From positions 16,002 to 80,001 of the forward strand of contig JBIOXD010000048.1 of assembly GCA_044869265.1 (NCBI GenBank): 64,000 nucleotides of DNA. The letters are read 5' to 3'. The position numbers and the translations under genes are program-made. The DNA is from Gemmatimonadales bacterium (GTDB lineage: Bacteria > Gemmatimonadota > Gemmatimonadetes > Gemmatimonadales > GWC2-71-9). Under the pieces are notes generated by a model. It saw nothing but the letters and a program-made list of their open reading frames with translations, did not search any database and was not told where the DNA came from. How positions within the stretch are numbered: the first letter of the stretch is position 1; every line of letters starts with the position of its first letter. Shown here one piece after another: positions 1 to 9,845 of this stretch.

Positions 1-676
1 AGCGGAAACGCACCAGCTCTTCGGTGATGTCGACCCGGTCGGCGAGCAGCGCGATCTCGAGCGCGAGCCGCTGCTCGTCCACGGCTGCCCGTGCGGTCAG
101 CTCGGCCACCGCCTGCTTCAGCCGTTCATGCTCGGCCTTGAGCCGCACCGGAGCCTGCTCCTCGACGACGCGCGCGCCCGCTTCGAGCGCATCGAGCCGG
201 ATCCTGAGCTCGGCCGCGAGTGCCTCGCCTTCCCGCTCGCGCATCGCGACGACGTCCTTCGCCGCGCGCTCCACGAGCGGCTTGACGTCCGACCACTGCA
301 CGGGCTGGTCGCTATCGCGTGCCCCGTTTACCGCGGTCAGCACGTCGGGCTGGCGAGCGACGAACGCCAGATCGACCGTCCCCTTGAGCTTCAGCTTCTT
401 CTTGAGCTGCTGCGCCGCGGCCACCACCTGCTTTGCCCGCGCCAAGTCGACGGTGACCCCGGTCTCTCCTGCCGGGGTTTCCATCCATCGCGCCGTGACC
501 GCCACAGACCCACGTTCGAGCAGCTCGCGCAGCCGCTCGCGCATCTCGATCTCGATGCCGGCCAGATCGGCAGGCAACTTGAGTTGCGGGTTGAAAAACC
601 GGTGATTGACGGTGCGGATTTCGATCCGCAACCGTCCGCTCGACACCCGATCTTCGGCGGCACCGAAGCCTGTCAT
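1..676 (-). CDS. yicC: YicC family stress-induced protein; 3' end runs off the window start
   Basis: My translation of the minus strand from ATG at 676 gives MTGFGAAEDRVSSGRLRIEIRTVNHRFFNPQLKLP..., the typical YicC N-terminus (MTGFG, R(S/T)VNHRF). The frame stays open to position 1. It is missing from the ORF track because the stop is off-window. Confidence 0.75.
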   Translation of the reverse strand, partial: MTGFGAAEDRVSSGRLRIEIRTVNHRFFNPQLKLPADLAGIEIEMRERLRELLERGSVAVTARWMETPAGETGVTVDLARAKQVVAAAQQLKKKLKLKGTVDLAFVARQPDVLTAVNGARDSDQPVQWSDVKPLVERAAKDVVAMREREGEALAAELRIRLDALEAGARVVEEQAPVRLKAEHERLKQAVAELTARAAVDEQRLALEIALLADRVDITEELVRFR

Positions 677-713
677 ACTGCGCGGCACAGGGCCTGAAAT
701 GTAGTCAGAGGCC

Positions 714-2534
714 CTAGTTAGTGAAGAACCAGCGGGCCCCCCACTGCTGCGCACTCTTGGGAAAGCCCAGGCCCTCCAGGTAGCTCGAGCGCATCCGGTT
801 GATGTTGTGCACGGTCCAGAAGAGGGTCACGCCCGCCAGCTGCATCTCAATGTTCGTACCGACAAAGCTGGCCCCGTTCATCGCGCGCTCCACGGCGGCG
901 GTGCTGTCGACGGCGATCCCTCCGAGCTGCGAGCGACTCCAGGACTCGATCGCCGCTTCCGCTCGCAACGCGAAGATCCCGCTCTTGAAAACTCGCCAGA
1001 ATTTCGAATAGAACGTCGCCGAAATCCGAGAATGGTGAGGGGGCTCGAAGTCGCCGCCGCCGGTGATGGGATTGTAGTACCAGCCCGATACCCACAGCCC
1101 GGGCAGGAGCTGCAACGAGCCGTGTGCAGCGAGAAATTCGGTCGGTGCCGTCGGGCGCAGCGAATCGATGGGACCAATTCCGCCGGCGAATCCAAGTGGC
1201 ATGAACGGATCGCGGCGACCGCGGCCCACCTCGAGGGTGAGCCGCCGATGATCGAACCGCAGCCAGGCGGCGACGTTGGTCGCCTCCTGCACGGAGTCCG
1301 CACTGTCGAGAGGTGCCTGGAGATCGCGCTGCCACGCGGCTTCGGCGCGGGCCGAAAAGCCGAGCGGCAGCGTGAGCCCGGCGGAGACGAAGCCTCGGAG
1401 ACCGTCGCGTTCACCGTCATAACGCGACCGCCGGACCGCCCCCGCGACGGTGAGTGCGGAGAACGGCATCCAGCCGATGCGCGCCTCGAGCTGTTGCGGC
1501 AGGCGTCCCGCGCCGATGCGCGCCGTACCCACGATGTTTGCGCGCCGCCACGTCTGACTCGCCTCCACGCTCGCCATGGACACGATCCGCTGGCTCAGAG
1601 CGGAATCCCGATTGCTGAGGATGGTATCGCGGCTGATCGTGGTGGTCGCAAGCGTCGTGGTGATCCTGTACCCCAGGCCATCATCACGCTGCGCGACGAA
1701 GAACCGAAGCTGGCGTTCGCGACGATCCTGTCGCCAATCGTCGATCAGACCGTCACCGGAAGCGTCCCGGTGCCAGCCGGAGGTCAGGATCTGGAAGGAT
1801 GCGCCGACGCGCCCTTCCGGCGGCACGTAATCGAACTTGAGCCAGAGATCGCTCGCGCTGAACGGCGTGGTCGTGTTTGCCGCTATACCGGCGCCGATGC
1901 TACTCCAGTTTGCGATGATGGACGCGCCGAACCCCGAGCGCGTCCGTGTCGCATAGCCGCCACGGTATTCCGCGATGTCCTGATTGCCCGTCATGATTCC
2001 GACAAGCGTGCTCGTCGCGGTCGAACGCGGCCGGGCGGTGACGAGGTACACCTGCAGCGCGGCGGGTAGGAGCAAAACGTCAATGCGCTCCAGCGGCGCG
2101 AGCGGAATGCGCGCGGGATCAAGGTACACCGAGTCGCGGCCGAGGGGCAGGTACGGCACCCCGTCCCAGTAGACCTCCAGCGATGCCGGTCCACGCCCGG
2201 CGTACAAGACGATCTCCGGCTGGCCGTACCACCCGCCGCGCACGACGTACACGCCGGGTATGTGGCTCAACAGGTCGCTGAGCGTGCGCGCGCTGGTGAA
2301 GAGGAGTGAATCGACGGTGAAGGTATAGCGCATGCCGCGCGGCAACGGCCCCGGCGCGATGCTGGGTGCGAAGACGGGCAGGAGCCGCGGCAGCGTATCC
2401 TTTTCGGTCGAGTCGCGGACGGCCGCCGTGTCCGTGACTGTCGTCGTGTCGCGCCGGGTGGTATCGGCCTGAGCGGCTAATACACCCGCTGCTCCCACGG
2501 ATAGCCCGAAGGTGAGCAGGCCTGCTCGAATCAA
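714..2534 (-). CDS. TonB-dependent-receptor-like outer membrane protein (plug domain plus beta-barrel)
   Basis: ORF 714..2795. Plug-like segment LSDLLSHIPGVYVVRGGWYGQPEIVLYAGRG...VYWDGVPYLPLG, Gly/aromatic-rich barrel-like remainder, C-terminal ARWFFTN. Signal-like [23 protein letters not shown] follows a TTG at 2534 that overlaps the pepA stop (TTGA). The upstream part of the ORF overlaps pepA and is Arg-rich, so I shortened the start. Confidence 0.6.
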   Translation of the reverse strand: MIRAGLLTFGLSVGAAGVLAAQADTTRRDTTTVTDTAAVRDSTEKDTLPRLLPVFAPSIAPGPLPRGMRYTFTVDSLLFTSARTLSDLLSHIPGVYVVRGGWYGQPEIVLYAGRGPASLEVYWDGVPYLPLGRDSVYLDPARIPLAPLERIDVLLLPAALQVYLVTARPRSTATSTLVGIMTGNQDIAEYRGGYATRTRSGFGASIIANWSSIGAGIAANTTTPFSASDLWLKFDYVPPEGRVGASFQILTSGWHRDASGDGLIDDWRQDRRERQLRFFVAQRDDGLGYRITTTLATTTISRDTILSNRDSALSQRIVSMASVEASQTWRRANIVGTARIGAGRLPQQLEARIGWMPFSALTVAGAVRRSRYDGERDGLRGFVSAGLTLPLGFSARAEAAWQRDLQAPLDSADSVQEATNVAAWLRFDHRRLTLEVGRGRRDPFMPLGFAGGIGPIDSLRPTAPTEFLAAHGSLQLLPGLWVSGWYYNPITGGGDFEPPHHSRISATFYSKFWRVFKSGIFALRAEAAIESWSRSQLGGIAVDSTAAVERAMNGASFVGTNIEMQLAGVTLFWTVHNINRMRSSYLEGLGFPKSAQQWGARWFFTN

Positions 2535-3994
2535 GCGCCCGCGCGTTTGAGCAGGAACTCTGTGAAGAGGCGCACGCCGATCGCGGTAGGCCCCTTCGCG
2601 TGGCTCGCGCCTTCGCCCTCGAGATATGCAGTGCCGGCGATGTCGAGGTGCACCCACGGGAAGCCATCGACGAATTCCCGCAGGAACCAGGCGCCGGCGA
2701 TCGTGCCGGCGGCCCGGCCGCCGGAGTTCTTGACATCGGCGACGTCCGATTTCAGCAGGTCGCGGTAATCGTCCCACAGCGGCAGGGGCCAGCAACGCTC
2801 GCCGGCGCGCTCACCGGCGTCGCGCACTTCCGCGAGGAGCGCCTCGTCGTTGCCGAGCATCCCGATCGCGTGATGGCCCAGGGCAATGACCACCGCACCG
2901 GTGAGCGTGGCGGCGTCGATTGCGGCGGCCGGCTTATAGCGGCGCGCGTACGACAGCGCGTCACAGAGGATCAGCCGGCCCTCGGCGTCCGTATTGATGA
3001 TCTCGATCGTCTTGCCCATGTGACTCTTCACGACATCGCCAGGCTTGATCGCGGTGCCGGACGGGAGATTCTCGGTCGCGGGGATCAGGCCCACGACGTT
3101 GAGCTTCGGTTTCAGCCGCCCCAGGACCTCGAACGTGCCGAGGACGGCCGTCGCTCCCGACTTGTCGAACTTCATGTCTTCCATATTCTGGGCCGGCTTG
3201 ATCGAGATGCCGCCCGAATCGAAGGTGACGCCCTTGCCCACCAACACGACCGGCGCACCGGTACCTCCATGGTACTCCAGCACGATGAAGCGGGGTTCCT
3301 CCGCACTGCCCTGTGCCACGGCGAGGAGCGCGCCCATCCCTTCCTTAGTTATCTGCGCTTTATCGAGGATCGTGACTTCGAACCCATGGGTTGTTGCCAG
3401 CTTGCGGGCCTGCTCGGCGAGATAAGTGGGTGTGCACAAATTGCCCGGCTGCATCTGGAGATTTCGAGTGAAGAGGTATCCCTCGGCCATCGCGTCCCCG
3501 ATGCGCCGTCCCGCTTCCGCTTGACTCTTGTCGCGCTGGTCGACGACGAGCTCGACTGACTCGAGATCAGGCTTGGGATCCTCGGGCTGCTTCTTCAGCT
3601 CGGTGAATTGCCAGCCGCCCTGGGCCGCGCCTTCGATGGCGACCTGCGCCAACTCGGCGGCGCCGAGGCCGCCGCGGGCTTCCGCCGTAACGACCAACGA
3701 AAACGACTTGGTGCCCAGCGCTCGGGCGCGCTTGGCCGCGACGGCGCTCGCCCGCCGGATCGAGCTGCGCGTGATCTCGCCCGGCTTCCCTACCCCCACC
3801 AGGAGGATACGCTCGGGCCCCTGCTCCGACCCGTACACGAGCAGTGTCTCGTCCTTCTTTCCTTTGTAGTCACCCGACGCCACCGCGCGTTCGAGAGTCG
3901 CGTCCTGCAACGGCGCGAATCCTTGTGTCACGACGACTGCGAGAAGTGGGGTGGCGACGCTGAGGGGGGCCTTGGTCGAGATCGCCGACTTCAT
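2531..3994 (-). CDS. pepA: Leucyl aminopeptidase (M17 family)
   Basis: 487 aa. M17 signature [28 protein letters not shown], typical length. 4-nt overlap with icd upstream. Confidence 0.93.
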   Translation of the reverse strand: MKSAISTKAPLSVATPLLAVVVTQGFAPLQDATLERAVASGDYKGKKDETLLVYGSEQGPERILLVGVGKPGEITRSSIRRASAVAAKRARALGTKSFSLVVTAEARGGLGAAELAQVAIEGAAQGGWQFTELKKQPEDPKPDLESVELVVDQRDKSQAEAGRRIGDAMAEGYLFTRNLQMQPGNLCTPTYLAEQARKLATTHGFEVTILDKAQITKEGMGALLAVAQGSAEEPRFIVLEYHGGTGAPVVLVGKGVTFDSGGISIKPAQNMEDMKFDKSGATAVLGTFEVLGRLKPKLNVVGLIPATENLPSGTAIKPGDVVKSHMGKTIEIINTDAEGRLILCDALSYARRYKPAAAIDAATLTGAVVIALGHHAIGMLGNDEALLAEVRDAGERAGERCWPLPLWDDYRDLLKSDVADVKNSGGRAAGTIAGAWFLREFVDGFPWVHLDIAGTAYLEGEGASHAKGPTAIGVRLFTEFLLKRAGA

Positions 3995-5232
3995 GCCAAA
4001 TGCTCGATGATCGCCTCGGCGAACGCGGACGTGGATACTTCGGTGGCTCCGGGCAGCTGACGCGCGAGATCGTACGTCACGCGCTGTGCCGAGATGGCGC
4101 CTTCGAGCCCGTGTACGATCGCGCGCGCCACGTCGTCCCAGCCGATTTCTTCGAACATCATGACACCCGACAGGATCACGCTGCTCGGATTGACCTTGTC
4201 CTGGCCGGCGTACTTGGGCGCGGTGCCGTGCGTGGCCTCGTATACCGCGTAGCCATCGCCGACGTTCCCGCCGGGAGCCAGCCCGAGGCCGCCGACCTGC
4301 GCCGCGGCCGCATCGGAGAGGTAATCGCCATTCAAGTTGGGAGCGGCGATGACGGAGTATTCATCGGGGCGCAGCACGAGCTGCTGGAACATGGCGTCGG
4401 CAATGCGGTCCTTAATCAACAGCTTCCCGACGTCCTCTTTGCGCTTCCCCCCATCGGCCTCCGTGACGGTCTGCTCGCTGAAGCGCTCTTTGGCGACTTC
4501 ATAGCCCCAGTCGCGGAAGCCACCCTCGGTGAACTTCATGATGTTCCCTTTGTGCACCAGCGTCACCGACGGTTTCTTGCGCTTGAGCGCGTACTGAATC
4601 GCTTTCACCACCAGCCGCTGCGACCCGAACTTGGACATCGGCTTGATGCCGATCGCGCTGCCGGGCCGGATCTTCGCGCTGAAGCGGCGCGAGAGAAACT
4701 CGATCACGGCTTCCGCTTCAGGACTCTCCGCCTTGTATTCGATACCGGCGTACACGTCTTCGATGTTTTCGCGGAAGATCACTACGTCGAGCTTGCGTGG
4801 CTCTTTGACGGGTGCGGGCACGCCGGTGAAGTAACGCACCGGGCGGATGCAGGCGTACAGGTCGAGGATTTGCCGCAGCGCGACGTTGAGTGAGCGGATC
4901 CCGCCGCCCACGGGAGTCGTCAGCGGGCCCTTGATCGCGACCCGATGCTCGCGAATGACGCCGAGCGTTTCCTCGGGCAGCCAGCTGCCGGTCTCCTTGA
5001 ACGATTTCTCCCCGGCGAGGACCTCGCGCCACACGACGCTGCGCCTGGCACCCGATGTTTTCGTGACGGCGGCGTCGAATACCTGGGCAGCGGCGCGCCA
5101 GATGTCGGGTCCCGTGCCGTCGCCTTCGATGAATGGGATGATGGGGTGGTCCGGAACGATCCAGTGGCCGTCGCGGAAATCGATTTTGGCGCCGACGGCT
5201 CCGCCCCGGCGACCTTCGACCTGGGTTGTCAT
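3991..5232 (-). CDS. icd: NADP-dependent isocitrate dehydrogenase
   Basis: 413 aa. N-terminal [46 protein letters not shown] are classical Icd motifs. Confidence 0.95.
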   Translation of the reverse strand: MTTQVEGRRGGAVGAKIDFRDGHWIVPDHPIIPFIEGDGTGPDIWRAAAQVFDAAVTKTSGARRSVVWREVLAGEKSFKETGSWLPEETLGVIREHRVAIKGPLTTPVGGGIRSLNVALRQILDLYACIRPVRYFTGVPAPVKEPRKLDVVIFRENIEDVYAGIEYKAESPEAEAVIEFLSRRFSAKIRPGSAIGIKPMSKFGSQRLVVKAIQYALKRKKPSVTLVHKGNIMKFTEGGFRDWGYEVAKERFSEQTVTEADGGKRKEDVGKLLIKDRIADAMFQQLVLRPDEYSVIAAPNLNGDYLSDAAAAQVGGLGLAPGGNVGDGYAVYEATHGTAPKYAGQDKVNPSSVILSGVMMFEEIGWDDVARAIVHGLEGAISAQRVTYDLARQLPGATEVSTSAFAEAIIEHLA

Positions 5233-5269
5233 GGACCCATTCTACAACAAAAAGGCCCGCCTTTGTACA

Positions 5270-5342
5270 GGAGCAGGGAGCAGGGAGCGGAGAGCAGAAC
5301 CTGCTCCGTCCTCCATGCTCCCTGCCCACCGCTCCCTGCTCC
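5270..5342. repeat. Heptamer array hairpin: 4 x GGAGCAG-type units, AAC, then 6 x CTGCTCC-type units
   Basis: Read directly: GGAGCAG GGAGCAG GGAGCGG AGAGCAG aac CTGCTCC GTCCTCC ATGCTCC CTGCCCA CCGCTCC CTGCTCC. It fills the spacer between the beta-propeller gene stop (5346) and the icd start (5232). Confidence 0.9.
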
Positions 5343-5345
5343 GTC

Positions 5346-7367
5346 TTAGAGCCGATACCCTGCCAGCGTCCCCGTCGTCGTTCTCAGGAAAAGCATCCCA
5401 GCCAAGTCATCGACCGCATACACAGGCTCGCGCTCCTTCCCGAGATCGACACGCGCGCGCGGCTGGCCGCTGTCCTTGTCGATCTGGAGCAGCACATTGC
5501 CGTTCCCCTCGGGGGCGCGCGTCAGCATGAACACTGAGCTCGGCGCCGTCAGTGAAGCCTTGAAGCGTTTGCTCGCCAGCGCGGATGCTTGGCTCGAATA
5601 GCCTTGGAGCTGTGTCCCACCCTGGGTGTACGCGGTCGACAGCTGGCTGTAGACGACCTTCGCGGTTGTGTCGGTCGCAGTGCGCGCGGCCTGCGCGAAT
5701 GCGTCACCGTATGCCGACGCCGCGGCCCCGTATAACCCCGCGCGTACGGATTGAATCCGGTACAGCGCCCGAAGCAGTCCAGGGAGCTGCGGAGCCGGGT
5801 GGTAGGTCTGCTGCTTGATTTGACCATCGCGACCGAGCACGACCACGTTCTGCGGGGAGATCAGCACGATGCCGATGGGCCGCAGCTCCATGGCCGTCGG
5901 ATCCTCATTGCCCTGCAGCTTGATCTCGGGACTCAGCGCCCGAAAGCTGCCGTCCTGGCGATTGACCGCGTACAGGCGCCGATCGCGGTTCGCGAAGACG
6001 TAGAGCGTCGATCCCTCGACGGCGCGATGCAGCCGATAGCGGTCTGCCTTGTAATCGGTCGAGCTCAGCGGTTTGCCGCTCTCAATCGCGTCTTTGAACC
6101 TGGGTTGCCCGCTCGCCAGATCGATGACGTTCACTTCCGCGTTGGTCGTTGCATCTGGTCGCGAGATGTACAACAGGCCGGCCGGTGTCAGCTCCGCGTA
6201 ATCGAGCAGTCCCTTGATCTTTACGTCCTTCTGAAGCCGCAACGTGGCGGTGGCGACGTTCAGGACGTTCACATACGTCTTCGAGTCGGCATCGACCGCG
6301 AGCACGACCGCATCGCCGGAGATCATCGCGTCGACCACGTCGCCGCGCATCTTGAGCGGTTTCGGCGCGATCGTCGAGCCGTTGTAGTAGCGAGCGACGT
6401 TCAGTCCGGTTTGAACCACGCCATTGGCGCTACGAACATTGCCGGTCGCCTGATCGCGCGGCGGCCCTTCGGTCAGCATGATGATGCCGGCAGGATGCTG
6501 GACGATGTCACGAATCCAGCCGTCCACCGTCGCCGGCTTGGGCCACAGCGGCTGCCCATCGGCCAGACGATAGGCCATGAGTCTTTCGTCGTAGCTGACG
6601 TAGATGCGGTCGGGTTTTGCGACCGACTGATACAACAGCACCTTGTGCGGGAACGTACCGGACCGCGCCATTTGGAGGGTCGCCGTCCAACGGATGGCGC
6701 CGGTCTTTGCATCGAGCGCGCGCAGTCCCACGAGCGTGTAGACGACGATGACGTCGGGACCCGCCTGTAGGACTTCGAGGTTCGTGGCGCCCGCCGCCGC
6801 ACGCACGAGGCCCTGCATCAAGCCGCCCAACCCACCCTTCTTCGGCCCGCTCTGCTGAAAGAGTGATTCACTGACCCAACGCTGTGATCCGGTGCCGAGA
6901 TCGTAGAGGGCGACGAGCGGCGGGCCGGACGCGCGCTGGCCGTGAACGAGCAGCGTCCCGCTCTGCGGCAGGACGCGACGCGTCACCACCTTCGTCAGCG
7001 TCAGTTTGCGCGAGTCGAACAGCACGGTGCCCGTGACAGGATCGAAGATCATCGAGAGGCCCGGCTTTGCCGCTTCCATCAGCAACGAACCCTCGATCAT
7101 GCGCACGCTATCGACGGGCAGACCACCCAGCTCCGGCTTCTGCCACGCGATCTGCCCGCGTTCGATGTCGACGCCGGCGAGTGCCGCGTCGGTCGAGACG
7201 AGCAGCGCGCCGGCTGGAGTGATCTGTTGCCAGCGAAGGTCGCCGTTGAAGTGCAACGTCCATGAGGGCACGGAACCCACGGTTGGGTGCACTGCGGGAC
7301 GTGCGGCGGACGCTACCGGCGCGGGCGATGGAGCTTGAAGCAGCAGAAGCAGCAATGGCAGAGCCAT
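5346..7367 (-). CDS. Secreted PQQ-like/BamB-like beta-propeller repeat protein
   Basis: 673 aa. Signal-like MALPLLLLLLQAPSPAPVASA. Recurrent G-x-(I/L)-(R/A)-W motifs (GQIAWQKP, GSQRWVSE, GAIRWTAT, GQPLWPKP) typical of PQQ-like propellers. Confidence 0.6.
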   Translation of the reverse strand: MALPLLLLLLQAPSPAPVASAARPAVHPTVGSVPSWTLHFNGDLRWQQITPAGALLVSTDAALAGVDIERGQIAWQKPELGGLPVDSVRMIEGSLLMEAAKPGLSMIFDPVTGTVLFDSRKLTLTKVVTRRVLPQSGTLLVHGQRASGPPLVALYDLGTGSQRWVSESLFQQSGPKKGGLGGLMQGLVRAAAGATNLEVLQAGPDVIVVYTLVGLRALDAKTGAIRWTATLQMARSGTFPHKVLLYQSVAKPDRIYVSYDERLMAYRLADGQPLWPKPATVDGWIRDIVQHPAGIIMLTEGPPRDQATGNVRSANGVVQTGLNVARYYNGSTIAPKPLKMRGDVVDAMISGDAVVLAVDADSKTYVNVLNVATATLRLQKDVKIKGLLDYAELTPAGLLYISRPDATTNAEVNVIDLASGQPRFKDAIESGKPLSSTDYKADRYRLHRAVEGSTLYVFANRDRRLYAVNRQDGSFRALSPEIKLQGNEDPTAMELRPIGIVLISPQNVVVLGRDGQIKQQTYHPAPQLPGLLRALYRIQSVRAGLYGAAASAYGDAFAQAARTATDTTAKVVYSQLSTAYTQGGTQLQGYSSQASALASKRFKASLTAPSSVFMLTRAPEGNGNVLLQIDKDSGQPRARVDLGKEREPVYAVDDLAGMLFLRTTTGTLAGYRL

Positions 7368-7462
7368 AGGGTGGCCTCCTGAGAGGCCCCCATATCGGGC
7401 AATGGCCTACTTCGGGCGCAAGGGTCTACCTCACTCCGGTGCGGCATGGTGCTTGAAGCCAC

Positions 7463-7998
7463 ATGCTTACGGTGAGAGGATTCTCCATTCGGTCGCTCGG
7501 CGCGACGATCGTCCGCGCGCCATCGGAACCGTCGCTGCCCGACGCAGTCTTCGTCGAGGATACCGCGATCGTGCTCGATGAAGCCGCGATCATTACGCGG
7601 CCTGGCGCGCCGACGCGACGCGGCGAAACCGAATCGATAGCTCTCGTCCTGGGCGCGTACAAACCGCTGCTGCGCATCCGATCGCCGGGCACCCTCGATG
7701 GTGGCGATGTGTTGCGCGTGGGACGAAGCAACTGCTCCTGATCAACGACCGCTGGGTGGGCCGAGACTGTTTTGGCGCGATGGAGATGGTGACCGTGGCA
7801 CCCGCGGAACAGGAAGGCGCCAACGCGCTGTGGGTCAGTGGAGCGGTCATCTACCCGGCGCACTATCCGCAAACCGCCGAACGTCTCGACCGGGCGGGAG
7901 TGCGCGGAGTCGCGGTCCCGGGTGCCGAGGTGGCCAAAGCCGAAGGCGGAGTGACGTGCTGCAGTCTGGTATCTGAGGCCGCGCCCCAAGAGTCATAA
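7463..7998 (+). pseudogene. Decayed dimethylarginine dimethylaminohydrolase (amidinotransferase superfamily) gene
   Basis: Two ORF pieces (7463..7741, 7756..7998). The first has PDAVFVEDTAIV...ITRPGAPTRRGE...PGTLDGGDVLRVGR. The second has ANALWVSGAVIYPAHYPQTAERL...KAEGGVTCCSLV. The first ~55 residues and ~75 central residues of the family are missing, and the pieces are in different frames. Confidence 0.7.
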
Positions 7999-8059
7999 CA
8001 CAAAATCGCGTTGGGCGTGTACCATACCGGAGAGCATGACCTGCACCTTGGAGGATGCC

Positions 8060-8650
8060 ATGGGTCGACGCGCGCTCCTTCTCCTCGCCGCCGTTCTTGT
8101 CACAAGCGTTGCCACTGCCTGCCAGAACAGCACCGATCCCGCCGGGTCGTTCGTTGTCACGGGCCACATAGAAAACCGCACGCAAGCGTCAATTCCCGCG
8201 AACGCGCGACTCTTGGCGGTGTGGACCGTCTCGGCAGGCTCACCCGATTACAGCCTCGTTTTCGGTGAGGGCACGATCGATCGCAGCGCCGGGACGTTTC
8301 GCATCCGGTTCGATCAAGCCCCACCGTTGGCAGCGCTGAATCATGGCGAGCTCGGGGTCGCGTTTCTCATCGCCACGACGGACCAATCACTGCAGGTGGG
8401 GGACACGATCCCCAGCTCTTACCCGACGACCGAAGTCATCGGCCTCACCGGTCAGTACGCCGTGATCTTCCTACAGAATCGGGACACGCAGCAGCTGCCC
8501 AGCTGGATCGCCTCTTTCGGAGATGGATACTCGGTTGGCGTCGGTGTCAAAGTGACGAACGGGTTCGACCAGTTCGCGCCCACCAGCCGGACGAGTCCGG
8601 TGTTGATCATCGACGACCTCGCGAATATCGAGGTCGTCAACTGGACGTGA
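8060..8650 (+). CDS. Hypothetical lipoprotein
   Basis: GGAGGA precedes ATG 8060. MGRRALLLLAAVLVTSVATAC is a lipobox-type signal. Normal amino-acid composition. No family recognised. Confidence 0.55.
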   Translation: MGRRALLLLAAVLVTSVATACQNSTDPAGSFVVTGHIENRTQASIPANARLLAVWTVSAGSPDYSLVFGEGTIDRSAGTFRIRFDQAPPLAALNHGELGVAFLIATTDQSLQVGDTIPSSYPTTEVIGLTGQYAVIFLQNRDTQQLPSWIASFGDGYSVGVGVKVTNGFDQFAPTSRTSPVLIIDDLANIEVVNWT

Positions 8651-8662
8651 AGGATTTGGAGC

Positions 8663-8690
8663 GTGCGCAGTGCGCCGTGAGCGGTGCGCC
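8663..8690. repeat. 4 x 7-nt tandem array (GTGCGCN)
   Basis: Read directly: GTGCGCA GTGCGCC GTGAGCG GTGCGCC, in the 57-nt spacer between convergent genes ending at 8650 (+) and 8708 (-). Confidence 0.9.
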
Positions 8691-8707
8691 GGACTACCTT
8701 GGCCGAT

Positions 8708-9748
8708 TTACGGCGGTGGTGATTGACGGCTGAAACGCACCTCCAGCGTGCGCTGAGTGTTGACCTTGGCGCGCTTACCTCCGTAGCGATACGTGGTAAT
8801 CGCGATCAGCGAATCCTGAAGCGGAACCCCCGGCGCGATATTACGGAACCGGGTCAGAAAGGTCATCGAGCGAACATCCGTCAGTTCGGATCGCTCGGGC
8901 CGAGTGAGCGACGTTGCCGTGTAGCGGAGCTCGTAGGTAACGGGGTCGAGATAGGCCGAGCCCGCCATGTCCGCCGTGCCGATGCGCTTGGCCGGCTCGA
9001 AGTCGATGCGCACGAGCGCGTCTCCTCCGATCGTGTCGGCGCCCGCCAGCCGGAAGCAGTGATTGCTGATGAAGTTTGCGTCCCCGAGAACCTGCAGGTC
9101 GGCGCTGTGAATGACGAGCACATTCGCCGGATTCCCCCACGGTCCCCATGCTGGCTCGACAACTCGCCCGACCTGATATGGACGATCGTCGCTACTGGAG
9201 AAGCGCAGTTTCTGAACCTCCGGTTTTCCCGTGTCGCCGCGTTGATACACGGTGCGGTCGGACAGCTCGAGCGTGTACTGGAATGGATACGACTCGGCGA
9301 GCAGCTCGTAGCGGCGGGCGTTCTCCTGCAATTGACCAAAGACCGCGAGCAAGGCCGCGTCGCTAGAATCGGGTGGACCCGGGTGCGTGCAGGGCAACGC
9401 CGCGATGGTGACCGGCGGCAGCTCGATCGCGAGCCGGCGCAAAGCAACGTCAAGGGTCGTCAGGCCGTCGTTCCGGACCACAATCTGCGTGTCGAGCGGA
9501 GCGTAGCCGATTTGACGGATGCTGACGAGATACGAGCCTGCGCTCGTCCCTGCGAATGCGAACGTCCCGCGAGCATCGGTGAACTGCTTGTCCCTGTGGG
9601 GATACAGCGTGACGATCGTGTAGCCGAGGGGCTGACCGGTCTCGGCGCTCGTCACGGTCCCGCGCAGGCTGCGCTCGCTCGGACCCTGCGTGAACGCGAC
9701 CGAGGGCACCTGCAGGAGCAGCCACCAAAACGAATGTCGAGTATCCAA
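8708..9748 (-). CDS. Carboxypeptidase-regulatory-like (CarboxypepD_reg) domain protein
   Basis: 346 aa. N-terminal LRGTVTSAETGQPLGYTIVTLYPHRDKQFTDARGTFAFAGTSAGSYLVSIRQIGYAP is the typical CarboxypepD_reg beta-sandwich pattern. The annotated start is a TTG, so the start is uncertain. Confidence 0.6.
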   Translation of the reverse strand: MDTRHSFWWLLLQVPSVAFTQGPSERSLRGTVTSAETGQPLGYTIVTLYPHRDKQFTDARGTFAFAGTSAGSYLVSIRQIGYAPLDTQIVVRNDGLTTLDVALRRLAIELPPVTIAALPCTHPGPPDSSDAALLAVFGQLQENARRYELLAESYPFQYTLELSDRTVYQRGDTGKPEVQKLRFSSSDDRPYQVGRVVEPAWGPWGNPANVLVIHSADLQVLGDANFISNHCFRLAGADTIGGDALVRIDFEPAKRIGTADMAGSAYLDPVTYELRYTATSLTRPERSELTDVRSMTFLTRFRNIAPGVPLQDSLIAITTYRYGGKRAKVNTQRTLEVRFSRQSPPP

Positions 9749-9803
9749 TGTCGAACGCCGAATTTCGAAATTCTACATTCGAAATTCGACAATCGACATT
9801 CGT
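9731..9803. promoter_or_regulatory. AT-rich palindromic block at the 5' end of the 8708..9748 gene (candidate operator/promoter)
   Basis: A perfect 14-nt palindrome GAATTTCGAAATTC is flanked by the 10-nt inverted repeat CGAATGTCGA ... TCGACATTCG and repeated TTCGAAATTCGA / AATGTCGA words. It is strikingly AT-rich for this genome. Confidence 0.4.
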
Positions 9804-9845
9804 TTTTGCAATACCTGGGGCGTCAAAGGAGACAAGAGCCAGTGG

